Both the position numbers and the translations under genes were made by a program. From positions 1 through 64,000 of IMG/VR virus record IMGVR_UViG_3300045391_005708: a DNA stretch of 64,000 nt; one strand, written 5' to 3'. This stretch comes from a virus (lineage: Duplodnaviria > Caudoviricetes). Positions within the stretch are counted from its first letter, which is position 1. Each line of letters begins with the position of its first letter. Positions 1 to 8,476 of this stretch are shown here, piece after piece. Under the pieces are notes generated by a model, which searched no databases, had not been told where the DNA came from, and saw only the letters and a list, made by a program, of their open reading frames with translations.

Positions 1-2
1 AG

Positions 3-92
3 GCCGAGTCCAAGTTCAACCGCGCGTACCTGCAGCGCGACGACCTGATCCAGGGCGCAGTCGCCCTCGCCCGGGAGGTCGCCACTGCCTGA
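3..92 (+). CDS. 3' end of a gene truncated by the window edge (..AESKFNRAYLQRDDLIQGAVALAREVATA*)
   Basis: Open frame from base 3 to TGA at 90-92, followed by a GC hairpin. Confidence 0.55.
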   Translation, partial: AESKFNRAYLQRDDLIQGAVALAREVATA

Positions 93-98
93 CCAGAC

Positions 99-138
99 CC
101 CGGCGGGGCGGGTGCCCGAGACTCCCCGCCCCGCCGGG
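99..138 (+). terminator. GC-rich hairpin, putative terminator
   Basis: Perfect 14-bp inverted repeat CCCGGCGGGGCGGG (99-112) / CCCGCCCCGCCGGG (125-138) just after a stop codon; no U-tract. Confidence 0.55.
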
Positions 139-185
139 CCCCGCACCGAAACCGACGCAAGACCTCAACCAGGAAACGAGGAGCC

Positions 186-713
186 ATGAGCAACATCGGA
201 CGCCCCCGGACCGGCCTCAAGCCGTGCCCGCACTGCAAGAGCAAGGACCGCGACAGCAACGGCCAGTGCCACTGCCGCAACGTCCTCTACCGTGCCCTGC
301 GCGGGGCCTCGAAGGCCACCGCGGCCAAGGCCAAGGCCCACTACGACGCGGCCCTGAGCCGCTTCAAGGGCAAGGTCGACCGGGCCCTGGCCGACACCCG
401 CGAGGAGTACCCCTCGCTGGCCGCCAAGGTCCGCAAGGCGCCCGCCAAGGCCCCCAAGCCCGGCAAGGGCAAGGCCCGCAAGGCCGCCGAGGCGTCCGCC
501 GACGTGGCGGCGCGCACCAAGCAGGCCGAGCGCGAGGCGGCCGCCGAGGCCCAGGCCGCGGCGCCCGTGGAGCACGCGGTCAAGCCGGTCGTCGACGACT
601 CGTTCGACGGCGACAAGTACGAGTGCCTGTGCGGCTTCCAGGGCAAGAACAGCCTGCCCTCGATCCGCGCGCACGTGGCCCGCGAGAAGAAGGCGGCCGA
701 GCAGGCAGCCTGA
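186..713 (+). CDS. Lys/Ala-rich protein with N- and C-terminal Cys/His motifs (possible Zn-binding DNA-binding protein)
   Basis: GAGGAG RBS before ATG; CPHC..CHC at the N-terminus, KAPAKAPKPGKGKARK core, YECLCG...RAH at the C-terminus. Confidence 0.7.
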   Translation: MSNIGRPRTGLKPCPHCKSKDRDSNGQCHCRNVLYRALRGASKATAAKAKAHYDAALSRFKGKVDRALADTREEYPSLAAKVRKAPAKAPKPGKGKARKAAEASADVAARTKQAEREAAAEAQAAAPVEHAVKPVVDDSFDGDKYECLCGFQGKNSLPSIRAHVAREKKAAEQAA

Positions 714-717
714 GACG

Positions 718-770
718 TCCGCGCCCCGGCACCCCCGAGCGGGCATCCCCCGCCCGCGCCGGGGCGCGGA
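718..770 (+). terminator. Hairpin after gene 186-713
   Basis: 13-bp inverted repeat TCCGCGCCCCGGC (718-730) / GCCGGGGCGCGGA (758-770). Confidence 0.5.
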
Positions 771-808
771 CCCCGGGCCGCCCGCTCGGACGAGCGCGAG
801 CGAGAGAT

Positions 809-818
809 GAGGAAACCG
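809..818 (+). promoter_or_regulatory. Start-associated motif GAGGAAACCG (RBS)
   Basis: Exact 10-mer, 2 nt before ATG 821. Confidence 0.75.
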
Positions 819-820
819 AC

Positions 821-1651
821 ATGAGCGAGAAGATCGAGAAGGTCCTGGTCGACCCGGCCACGGCCGCGGCCTGGCTGAAGAAGGTGCCAGAGCACCAGAG
901 GAACGTGAGGGCCGCCGTCGCGGCCCTGTACGCCAAGGACATGAGTGAGGGGACGTGGCTGTGCAGCCAGGCCCACTCGCCCCTGGCCTTCAACGAGCGC
1001 GGCGAGATGATCCAGGGCCAGCACCGGCTGAGGGGCGTCGCCCTGTCCGGCACGAGCCAGTGGTTCTACGTGGTCCGCGGGGTCACGGACGCCGTGACCG
1101 CCACCCTGGACAACGGGATCAAGCGGTCCGGCGGCGACGTGCTCACCCTGGCGGGCTACCTCAACGGCTCCCAGATCGCGACCATCGCAGGCACCTACCA
1201 CTGGTACCTCAACGACTTCGCCGGGGACTCCGGCAAGATGCTGACCAGCGCCGAGTTGCTGGACTTCGTGGCCGCCCACAACGGGATGCTGCAGGAGGCC
1301 CGCCAGGTGGGGAACCGGGCGAGGCGCGCGTTCCGCGGGTCGGAGTCCGCCATCGCCACCGCCTCGTTCGCCGTCGCGCTGACCACGGGCGACCCCTTCG
1401 CCCCCGCCCCGTTCGACGAGGTGCTGGTGACCGGGGTCGCCACCACGCACGGCCACCCCGCGGCCCTCCTCCGGCAGCGGCTGGAGCGCATGGACCGGGA
1501 CAAGTCCGGCAACCGGGGGAGGTCCATCCGCACGGACACGGTGCGCCTGTACCTGTTCGCGTGGAACCTCTACACCAAGGGCGAGACGCGGCAGACCCTC
1601 GCCGTCCCGAAGACCACGCCCAAGATCCTGCGCAAGGAGAGCCTGACATGA
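821..1651 (+). CDS. ParB/DGQHR-like N-terminal domain protein
   Basis: MSEKIEKVLVDPATAAAWL..QRNVR..Y.KDM..G.W...PLAF...G.MIQGQHRL; C-terminal part of ORF 224..1651. Confidence 0.75.
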   Translation: MSEKIEKVLVDPATAAAWLKKVPEHQRNVRAAVAALYAKDMSEGTWLCSQAHSPLAFNERGEMIQGQHRLRGVALSGTSQWFYVVRGVTDAVTATLDNGIKRSGGDVLTLAGYLNGSQIATIAGTYHWYLNDFAGDSGKMLTSAELLDFVAAHNGMLQEARQVGNRARRAFRGSESAIATASFAVALTTGDPFAPAPFDEVLVTGVATTHGHPAALLRQRLERMDRDKSGNRGRSIRTDTVRLYLFAWNLYTKGETRQTLAVPKTTPKILRKESLT

Positions 1652-2124
1652 GACGCACCGCCGCCCTGGCGCTGGCGCTGGCCCTGGCCCTGGCCCCGGC
1701 CGCCCCCGCGGGGGCCGACACGTCCTACGTGGGCCCGGGCCGCTGCGACCCCCGGGGCACCACCAACTACTACGTCCACCTGGGCGACCCGATCGACCCC
1801 GAGGAGATCCTCGACTCGCCGTACGTGTTCCGGGAGAACAAGTGCGAGGTGAACGGGTTCAGGCTCTACAAGAGCGTGTCCAACACCAGGGGCGAGGCCC
1901 GGTTCGCGCGCAGGTTCCTGCGTGAAGACACGGCGCACTCGAAGGCGCCGGTCGTCTACTGCCGGTCGGCCCGGGACCACGCCTACTTCCTGGACCTCGC
2001 GTTCTACTGGGGCCTGTTCGGCGTCAAGCACCGGAACCGGGCCGAGAAGGCGCGGTACGCGCCCTGGGCGCGAGCATACGCCAGGCGCCACGGGTGCCAC
2101 CTGTTCGTCCCGAGGTCGTCGTGA
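1648..2124 (+). CDS. Secreted hypothetical protein (signal peptide)
   Basis: MRRTAALALALALALAPAAPAGA signal peptide; ATGA overlap with the previous stop. Confidence 0.7.
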   Translation: MRRTAALALALALALAPAAPAGADTSYVGPGRCDPRGTTNYYVHLGDPIDPEEILDSPYVFRENKCEVNGFRLYKSVSNTRGEARFARRFLREDTAHSKAPVVYCRSARDHAYFLDLAFYWGLFGVKHRNRAEKARYAPWARAYARRHGCHLFVPRSS

Positions 2125-2372
2125 TCTGGGTCCTGTTCTTCGCCCTGCCCCTCGGGTTCGGGTTCCTGGCCGCGAAGAACAACCCGACGATGGTCCCCGT
2201 GGCCGTGACGGCGGGCCTCGCGCTCTGGTTCGTGGTCGCCGCGTTCGCCTGGATCGGCGGCGCCGCCAGCACCAACCACTGCCGCGAGTACGGCTACCCG
2301 TCCCTCAACGACACGCAGGAGGGCAAGCCCTGCCCCGACGCCGACCTCCGGTACTTCATCCACCACCACTGA
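2121..2372 (+). CDS. Small membrane protein
   Basis: GTGA overlap; two hydrophobic segments. Confidence 0.65.
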   Translation: MIWVLFFALPLGFGFLAAKNNPTMVPVAVTAGLALWFVVAAFAWIGGAASTNHCREYGYPSLNDTQEGKPCPDADLRYFIHHH

Positions 2373-2384
2373 GAGGGGACCGAC

Positions 2385-2825
2385 ATGCTGAGAGCGAGAG
2401 GCTGGCCGCCGCCCTGGGAGTTCGACAACGGGGCCTACCTGCCCACGCACCGCGACGAGCGGCCCGCCGAGGTCGACCGCCTGCTGTGCATGGGCCTCAC
2501 GATGACCATCGACCAGGGGACCTGGTGGAAGACCGGGGAGGGCGAGTGGCTGTGGCTGCCGGAGATGTCCAGGCGGTACAAGGCCAACGTCAGGGCGTTC
2601 CTGCTCCGGCGGGCGCCCCGCCTGGAGTTCTCCTGGGCGCTCCGGCACTTCGCCGGGGACGAGCACACGGGCGACATGGCCAGCGTCGGCCTGGAGCAGG
2701 CGATGCACGAGCACGACGACTGGGTGCGCCGGGTCGGCTACGAGCAGTGGCTCCGCGAGCGACCCCTGCTCCGCGAACTAACCTACCAGATCGAGAGCGC
2801 GGCGTACGATGGCCCGCGAGACTAG
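2385..2825 (+). CDS. Hypothetical phage protein
   Basis: GAGAGGGG RBS before ATG; 146 aa with plausible composition. Confidence 0.7.
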   Translation: MLRARGWPPPWEFDNGAYLPTHRDERPAEVDRLLCMGLTMTIDQGTWWKTGEGEWLWLPEMSRRYKANVRAFLLRRAPRLEFSWALRHFAGDEHTGDMASVGLEQAMHEHDDWVRRVGYEQWLRERPLLRELTYQIESAAYDGPRD

Positions 2826-3090
2826 CGTCGAGAGGCGCCTGGTCGAGAAGGTCCGCGAGGCGGGCGGGCAGTGCTACAAGTGGCCGCCCACCCCGACCGC
2901 GGGGGTGCCGGACAGGATCGTGTTCCTCAACGGCACCGTCTACGTGGTGGAGACCAAGACGGACGGCGGGGAGGTCCGGCCGATCCAGAGGGTCAGGCAC
3001 GCCGAGATCAACGCGGCGGGGGTCGAGGTACACCTGCTGTGGGACCGCGCCCAGGTGGACGCCTGGGTCGCAGAGAGGACAGAGAGATGA
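2809..3090 (+). CDS. VRR-NUC domain nuclease
   Basis: E..VE..LV..V...GG.CYKW....AGVPDRIVFL.G....VETKT.GG..RP.Q, the typical VRR-NUC PD..ExK pattern. Confidence 0.9.
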   Translation: MARETSVERRLVEKVREAGGQCYKWPPTPTAGVPDRIVFLNGTVYVVETKTDGGEVRPIQRVRHAEINAAGVEVHLLWDRAQVDAWVAERTER

Positions 3091-3290
3091 CCGAGCAGTC
3101 AGCGTTCCGGCTGGCCAACGCCCTGATCTTCGCCGCCCTGGTGGCGGGGGTCGTCCTGGTGACGGTGCTCGACGTGACGACGGCCCGCCGGGTCGTCGCC
3201 TACGCCGTGATCCTCGTAGCCTGGGTGGTGGCCATGTCGATGAACACCGTCGACCACGACAAGGCGGACCAGCAGCAGCCGACGCCCTGA
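3087..3290 (+). CDS. Small membrane protein
   Basis: ATGA overlap; two TM segments. Confidence 0.65.
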   Translation: MTEQSAFRLANALIFAALVAGVVLVTVLDVTTARRVVAYAVILVAWVVAMSMNTVDHDKADQQQPTP

Positions 3291-3300
3291 CGGCGGGCGC

Positions 3301-3308
3301 GGTATGAT
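3301..3308 (+). promoter_or_regulatory. Putative -10 box GG-TATGAT
   Basis: Intergenic GGTATGAT upstream of the exonuclease/SSB operon; the motif recurs across the genome. Confidence 0.55.
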
Positions 3309-3348
3309 CGCTGGCGAATGTCCAGCGATGCAAGAGATGGTACCGAGA

Positions 3349-3358
3349 GAGGAAACCG
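3349..3358 (+). promoter_or_regulatory. Start-associated motif GAGGAAACCG (RBS)
   Basis: Exact 10-mer, 4 nt before ATG 3363. Confidence 0.75.
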
Positions 3359-3362
3359 TCGC

Positions 3363-3773
3363 ATGAAGATCGAGATCGACACGGACACCCCGCTGTCCGA
3401 CGAGGACAAGGGCGTGCTCCGGGCGCTCCTGGGCGAAGCCGCCCCGGCCCCCGCGCCCGCCAAGAAGGCGGCCGCGGCACCGGCCAAGAAGGCGGCCGCC
3501 AAGAAGGCCGCCGCGCCCGAGCCCCCGGCGACCGTGGCCGCCCAGGACGAGCCCGCGGAGGCCGAGCCGGAGGCCGAGCCGGAGGACGACGGGTTCGAGG
3601 CCCTCAGGAGCGAGGCCCACGCGCTGACCAGCGACCTGCTGGCCGAGAAGCGCCGCGACGTGGTGGTCGGCGCCCTGGCCGAGGTCGGCTACCCGGCCGC
3701 GAGCAAGATCGACGACCCGGAGAAGTTGCGGGTCTACGTGGACCTGCTGAAGGCAGCCGACTCCGGCTCGTGA
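3363..3773 (+). CDS. Hypothetical protein with AKKAAA linker (replication module)
   Basis: MKIEIDTD start after the RBS motif; Ala/Lys/Pro linker and helical C-terminus; directly upstream of the DUF2800 gene. Confidence 0.75.
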   Translation: MKIEIDTDTPLSDEDKGVLRALLGEAAPAPAPAKKAAAAPAKKAAAKKAAAPEPPATVAAQDEPAEAEPEAEPEDDGFEALRSEAHALTSDLLAEKRRDVVVGALAEVGYPAASKIDDPEKLRVYVDLLKAADSGS

Positions 3774-4960
3774 GCGACCACGGCCGGGCGCACGCCCACC
3801 TGTCCCCCTCGTCCGCGGAGCGCTGGCTCGCCTGCCCCGGGTCCGTCAGGCTGTCCGACAGCCTGGAGCGGTCCGACGACAGCGGCAGCGTCTTCGCGGA
3901 GGAGGGGACCAGGGCACACACGCTGGCCTACCTGGAGGCGTCCAGGGCGTTCGACCTCATGGACGAGCGCGACTACCTGACGCACAAGGCCGCCTGGCTC
4001 CGGCAGGCCGAGGCCCACGGCGACGACGTGGAGGAGATGGAGGAGGGCGCCCGGGAGTACGTCACCGTGCTCCAGGACATCCACTCCGACCTGGCCGAGG
4101 ACGGCCCCGTGCAGGTGCTCCTGGAGCGCCGCGTGGACCCGGCCGTGCCCGGCTCCTGGGGCACCGCCGACGCGATCCTGGTCGGCATCCGGCGCATCGC
4201 CGTGGTCGACTACAAGTTCGGCAGGGGCGTGGTGGTCGAGGTCGAGCGGAACCCGCAGGTGATGCTGTACGGCCTGGGCGCCCTCGAACTCATGGACCTG
4301 CTGGGGACCATCGAGGACGTGGACCTGGTGGTCGTGCAGCCGCGGGCGGGCGGGATCTCGCGGTGGAGCCTGTCGGCCGACGACCTGAAGGGCTGGCGAG
4401 AGACTGTGGTCCTGCCGGTCGTGGCCGAGACGAGCATGCCGGAGGCCCGCCTGGTGCCCGGCGACGCGCAGTGCCGGTGGTGCCCGGCGGCCGGGGTCTG
4501 CAAGGCCCGCGCGGCCTGGGTGACGCGCCGCGACTTCGGCGACCCGGACCTGATGGACGAGGACGACCTGGCCGACGCCGTGCGGCGGCTCAAGGAGATC
4601 CGCGACTGGTGCAACGCCGTCGAGGCCGAGGCGTTGAGGCAGGCGTACTCGTACGGCGCGCGGCTGCCGGGCCTGAAGGTCGTGATGTCCGGCGGCAAGC
4701 GGACCATCAAGGACAAGGCGGCCGCGATCGACCGCCTGGTGGCGGCGGGGTTCAGCCGCTCCAAGGTGGCCCGCGAGGACACGCAGACCCTGAGCGCCCT
4801 GGAGCGCCTGGTCGGCGCCGAGCGCCTGGTGGCGGTCCTGGGGGACCTCCTGGTGCGCAGCCCGGGCTCGCCGAGCCTGGTGCCCGAGGACGACCGCCGG
4901 GAGGCCGTGACCAGCCTCTCCCAGGCGGAGACAGACTTCCGGGAGGACCCGGAGGAGTGA
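3770..4960 (+). CDS. DUF2800 / Cas4-like PD-(D/E)XK exonuclease
   Basis: HAHLSPSSAERWLACPGS, GT.AH, WGTADA, VVDYKFG.G, NPQ.MLYGLGA, QCRWCPA. Confidence 0.9.
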   Translation: MSDHGRAHAHLSPSSAERWLACPGSVRLSDSLERSDDSGSVFAEEGTRAHTLAYLEASRAFDLMDERDYLTHKAAWLRQAEAHGDDVEEMEEGAREYVTVLQDIHSDLAEDGPVQVLLERRVDPAVPGSWGTADAILVGIRRIAVVDYKFGRGVVVEVERNPQVMLYGLGALELMDLLGTIEDVDLVVVQPRAGGISRWSLSADDLKGWRETVVLPVVAETSMPEARLVPGDAQCRWCPAAGVCKARAAWVTRRDFGDPDLMDEDDLADAVRRLKEIRDWCNAVEAEALRQAYSYGARLPGLKVVMSGGKRTIKDKAAAIDRLVAAGFSRSKVAREDTQTLSALERLVGAERLVAVLGDLLVRSPGSPSLVPEDDRREAVTSLSQAETDFREDPEE

Positions 4961-4985
4961 TGGACAGAGATAGAGAGGTTCAGAG

Positions 4986-5576
4986 ATGAGCGACGACGAC
5001 CTGAGGATGACGACCGGCAAGGTCCGGCTGTCCTTCCCCTTCCTCTTCAAGCCGCGCAGGCGCGAGGGGCAGGACCCGAAGTACAGCGTCATGCTCCTGA
5101 TCGACAAGGGCGACGAGAAGACGATCAAGACGCTGCGGCGCCTGGAGGCGAAGTGCCTCAAGGACAACGCGGCCAGCCTGTTCGGCATCAAGTCCGGCGA
5201 GCCCAAGTTGGGCCAGCGGGGCCTGGCGCCGTCCATCATCAAGGACGGCGACGAGGACGGCACGGCGGAGGACTACCCGGAGCGCGCGGGGTGCTACTAC
5301 ATGACCGTGAACGCGACCGAGGACTTCCCGCCGAAGATCGTGGACCGCAACGTGGAGCCCATCATCGACCAGAGCGAGGTCTACAGCGGGGTCCACGCCC
5401 GGGTGTCCCTCCAGGCGTTCGCGTACAAGCGCGACGAGAAGAAGGGCATCTCGTTCGGCCTGGGCAACGTCCAGGTCTACACGGGCGAGGGCGAGTCGCT
5501 GGGCGGCGGCGGCCGCAAGGCCGAGGACGACTTCGAGGCGATCCCCGACGAGGGCGGCGACGAGTCCCTGCTGTGA
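4986..5576 (+). CDS. DUF2815 family single-stranded DNA-binding protein
   Basis: VRLSFPFLF.P, KYS..LLIDK, IKDGD, VYSG..ARV, GISFGLGNVQ, acidic tail. Confidence 0.9.
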   Translation: MSDDDLRMTTGKVRLSFPFLFKPRRREGQDPKYSVMLLIDKGDEKTIKTLRRLEAKCLKDNAASLFGIKSGEPKLGQRGLAPSIIKDGDEDGTAEDYPERAGCYYMTVNATEDFPPKIVDRNVEPIIDQSEVYSGVHARVSLQAFAYKRDEKKGISFGLGNVQVYTGEGESLGGGGRKAEDDFEAIPDEGGDESLL

Positions 5577-5608
5577 GCAGTACCCGGTAGCGCGGCCCGC
5601 GGCAGGCG

Positions 5609-5617
5609 TGCTATCAT
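5609..5617 (+). promoter_or_regulatory. Extended -10 promoter TG-c-TATCAT
   Basis: TGnTATCAT in the intergenic gap; implies a start near 5624. Confidence 0.6.
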
Positions 5618-5623
5618 TGGGGG

Positions 5624-5679
5624 CAAGCGCCGCGCGCGGCCGGGTGGTTTCGGTTTCCTCCCCGCCCGCGCGGCGCTTG
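5624..5679 (+). ncRNA. Candidate hairpin sRNA or 5' leader with anti-GAGGAAACCG loop
   Basis: 13-bp perfect stem CAAGCGCCGCGCG (5624-5636) / CGCGCGGCGCTTG (5667-5679); loop contains CGGTTTCCTC (5651-5660). Confidence 0.5.
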
Positions 5680-5708
5680 TCTCCCCCCGAACCGAGAGGA
5701 GAGACGCC

Positions 5709-5966
5709 GTGGCCGTGCAGTACGTTCGAGTAGAGGTCGAGGAGGGCCGGGCCTACACCTACACGTGGGACGGCGACCGGCCCCTGGGGCGGGGCGACCG
5801 GGTGGTCCTGCCCGGCAACATCGTCCACGACCGGGAGTTCGAGGGTACGGTGCTCCGCACCCTGACCGACGAGCAGGTGGCCGACGACGGGTACAAGGGC
5901 GAGTACAAGGGCGTGCTCCGGCGCGCCGAGCCCGTCCTGGCGCCCGAGGACGCGGACTTGCTGTGA
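5709..5966 (+). CDS. Hypothetical protein
   Basis: GAGAGGAG RBS, GTG start, 85 aa. Confidence 0.7.
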   Translation: MAVQYVRVEVEEGRAYTYTWDGDRPLGRGDRVVLPGNIVHDREFEGTVLRTLTDEQVADDGYKGEYKGVLRRAEPVLAPEDADLL

Positions 5967-6286
5967 GCAGCGCCGCGCCTCACGAGGACTGCCACCGCTG
6001 CGGGGGTCCAAACGTCGTGTGGTTCGCGCCGTCACCGCTGTGGAATCTCGTGATGCGCGGCAACGACATCAACGGGGACGCCCTGTACGACGACCTGGTG
6101 TGCGTGCCTTGCTTCATCGCCCTGGCGGAGGAGGCGGGAGTCTCCGGGAAGTGGCGGCTGAGCGTCGACCCCGAGCCGGACGGCCTGGTCAAGGTGACGC
6201 CGAGCGGACGGGTCTGGGACGAGGAGAAGAACCTCTGGCGCGAGCCCGAGGCCGCGCCGCACCCGGACACGATGATCGGACGCTGA
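5963..6286 (+). CDS. Hypothetical protein (CxxC..CxxC)
   Basis: GTGA overlap; DCHRCGG...CVPCF. Confidence 0.65.
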   Translation: MSSAAPHEDCHRCGGPNVVWFAPSPLWNLVMRGNDINGDALYDDLVCVPCFIALAEEAGVSGKWRLSVDPEPDGLVKVTPSGRVWDEEKNLWREPEAAPHPDTMIGR

Positions 6287-6287
6287 C

Positions 6288-8471
6288 GTGCCTGTCCTGG
6301 ACATCGACATCGAGACGTACTCCGAGGTCGAACTCAAGAAGGCGAACGTCTACGCCTACGTAGAGGACCCGTCGTTCCAGATCATCATGTGCGGGTGGTC
6401 CCTCGACGGCTCGCCCGTCGAGGTCTGGGACTCGTACGAGGAGTTCCAGGACCGGCTGAGGGAGATCCCCGGCCTGTGGGACCCGGACGTGACCAAAGTC
6501 GCCCACAACGCGGGCTTCGAGCGGGTGTGCTTCAGCGCCTACGCCGGGCTGCCGGTGGGCGAGTACCTGCCGCCCGAGCACTGGTTCGACACCGCCGCCC
6601 TGGCGGCCCAGAAGGGCCTGCCCCGGAGCCTGGACTCCCTGGCCCGCGCCGTCAGGGTCGACCCCAAGGACAGCGCGGGCACGAGGCTGATCAACCTGTT
6701 CAGCAAGCCGTACCGCGGCCGCCGCGTGATGCCCGAGGAGAGGCCCGATGAGTGGGCCGACTTCCGCCGGTACTGCGGTCAGGACGTGAGCACCATGCAG
6801 CAGGCCCGGCCCATGCTGAAGGGGTGGCCCAGGGACGGCTTCGAGCGCCGCGTGTGGAACCTGGACCAGCGCATCAACGACCGCGGCATGAGGGTCGACC
6901 TGGACCTGGCCAGCAAGGCCCGGGCGCTGGCCCACGCGAACACGGAGGACCTGTCCCGCCGCGTGACCCGCGACACCGGGATCGAGAACCCGAACAGCAC
7001 CGCGCAGATGCTGGAGTGGCTGCGGGACAACGGCTGCCCCGGGATGCCGAACCTCCGGGCCACGACCGTCTCCGAGTACTTGGAGATGTCGTCCACTCCC
7101 CCCGCGGCCCGCGCCGTGCTGGAGGCCCGGGAGGAACTGGCGCTGGTCGCGCACCGCAAGTTCGAGGCCGCCCTGCGCGGGGCGTCCTCGGACGGCCGCC
7201 TGCGCGGCCAGTTCGTGTACCACGGCGCACACACCGGCCGCTGGGCGGCCAAGGGCGTCCAGGTGCACAACATGCCCCGCCTCGCCTTCACCAACGAGGT
7301 CACGGGCGACTACGACGAGGACTGGGAGGAGTGCGCCCTCCGGGCGATCCTGGCCGGTCTGCCCCAGAGCCAGGAGAACCTGAAGCGGGCCGTGCGGCCG
7401 CTGTTCACCGGCCCCATCGCCACGAGCGACTTCAGCGCGATCGAGGCCCGCGTGCTGGCCTGGCTGGCCGGTGAGGGCTGGGTCGCCGAGGCGTTCAGGC
7501 GCGACGAGGACATCTACGTCACGACGGCCGAGCGCATGGGCGGCATGACCAGGCAGCAGGGCAAGATCGCGGTCCTGGCCTCCGGCTACCAGGGCAGCGC
7601 GGGCACGTACCGCAAGATGGGCTACGGCGGCCGCCGCTGCCCGTGCGACGTCAAGGTGCAGAAGGCCGTCGTCGTGGCGGACGGACCCAACGCTGGCAAG
7701 TGGATCCCCGAGGACAACAGGTTCGACGCTGGCAAGGTGATCGCGGAGATGCCGGACGACGGCCTCGGCGACGTGTGCCAGGAGGCGTTCCAGGAGCACC
7801 TGGGACGCATCGAGCGCAAGGCCAAGCGCGAGGGCTGGACCCTGGCCGAGCAGCGGGCCACCATCGCGACCGACCTCGCCGAGCACACGGCCGAGCGGCG
7901 CCGGTCCGGCGGGACGCACAGGTGCGACACGCAGATCATGGAGGTAGTCAACGCCTGGCGGGCCGCCAACGAGAACATCGTGGCGTTCTGGTACGACCTC
8001 CAGAAGAAGTTCTGGACCGGGGGCCGGGTCGGCGAGCACCTGTCCGTCGAGGTCCACGGCTCGTGGCGAGTCATCGTCCTGCCGTCCAGGCGGCGCCTCA
8101 TGTACCGGAACGTCAAGCGGTACAAGAAGACCAAGGTCGTGGACGAGGAGACGGGCGAGAAGGCGGAGCGCTGGGTCCTGGAGTACACCACCGGGGTCGG
8201 CAAGCCGGAGGAGACGTACGGCGGCAAGTTGGCCGAGAACGTCACCCAGGCCGTCGCCAGGGACATGCTGGCCGACGCGATGCTCCGCCTGGAGGACGAG
8301 GGCTATCTCCTGGTCGGGCACGTCCACGACGAGGCTATCGCCGACGCCGACGACCTCGACCAGGAGCGACTGAACAGGATGCGGCAGATCATGAGGACCC
8401 CGCCGGAGTGGGCGGCCGACATGCCGATGGACGCGAGCATCGCCGTCCTGAAGCGCTACAGGAAGGACTGA
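6288..8471 (+). CDS. polA: Phage DNA polymerase, family A, with 3'-5' exonuclease
   Basis: ExoI DIETYS, ExoII AHNAGFER, ExoIII YCGQD; motif A DFSAIEARV, motif B RQQGKIAVLASGY, motif C HVHDE. Confidence 0.95.
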   Translation: MPVLDIDIETYSEVELKKANVYAYVEDPSFQIIMCGWSLDGSPVEVWDSYEEFQDRLREIPGLWDPDVTKVAHNAGFERVCFSAYAGLPVGEYLPPEHWFDTAALAAQKGLPRSLDSLARAVRVDPKDSAGTRLINLFSKPYRGRRVMPEERPDEWADFRRYCGQDVSTMQQARPMLKGWPRDGFERRVWNLDQRINDRGMRVDLDLASKARALAHANTEDLSRRVTRDTGIENPNSTAQMLEWLRDNGCPGMPNLRATTVSEYLEMSSTPPAARAVLEAREELALVAHRKFEAALRGASSDGRLRGQFVYHGAHTGRWAAKGVQVHNMPRLAFTNEVTGDYDEDWEECALRAILAGLPQSQENLKRAVRPLFTGPIATSDFSAIEARVLAWLAGEGWVAEAFRRDEDIYVTTAERMGGMTRQQGKIAVLASGYQGSAGTYRKMGYGGRRCPCDVKVQKAVVVADGPNAGKWIPEDNRFDAGKVIAEMPDDGLGDVCQEAFQEHLGRIERKAKREGWTLAEQRATIATDLAEHTAERRRSGGTHRCDTQIMEVVNAWRAANENIVAFWYDLQKKFWTGGRVGEHLSVEVHGSWRVIVLPSRRRLMYRNVKRYKKTKVVDEETGEKAERWVLEYTTGVGKPEETYGGKLAENVTQAVARDMLADAMLRLEDEGYLLVGHVHDEAIADADDLDQERLNRMRQIMRTPPEWAADMPMDASIAVLKRYRKD

Positions 8472-8476
8472 GCAGG

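Noticed and set aside
821-1651. Plasmid-prophage partition system (parABS)
   Set aside because: Only a ParB-like N-terminal domain; no ParA, integrase or clear repressor in the window, so lifestyle cannot be called.
3770-4960. Cas4-like gene as a sign of CRISPR
   Set aside because: It is the common phage DUF2800 exonuclease in the exonuclease-SSB-PolA module; no array or other cas genes are present.
5651-5660. GAGGAAACCG on the minus strand as RBS of a hidden reverse gene
   Set aside because: No start codon within RBS distance (nearest TTG/ATG is more than 20 nt away), and the region is flanked by + strand genes.
7638-7925. Possible mini-intein in DNA polymerase
   Set aside because: Begins with Cys but lacks the terminal His-Asn and +1 nucleophile and any recognisable intein blocks.
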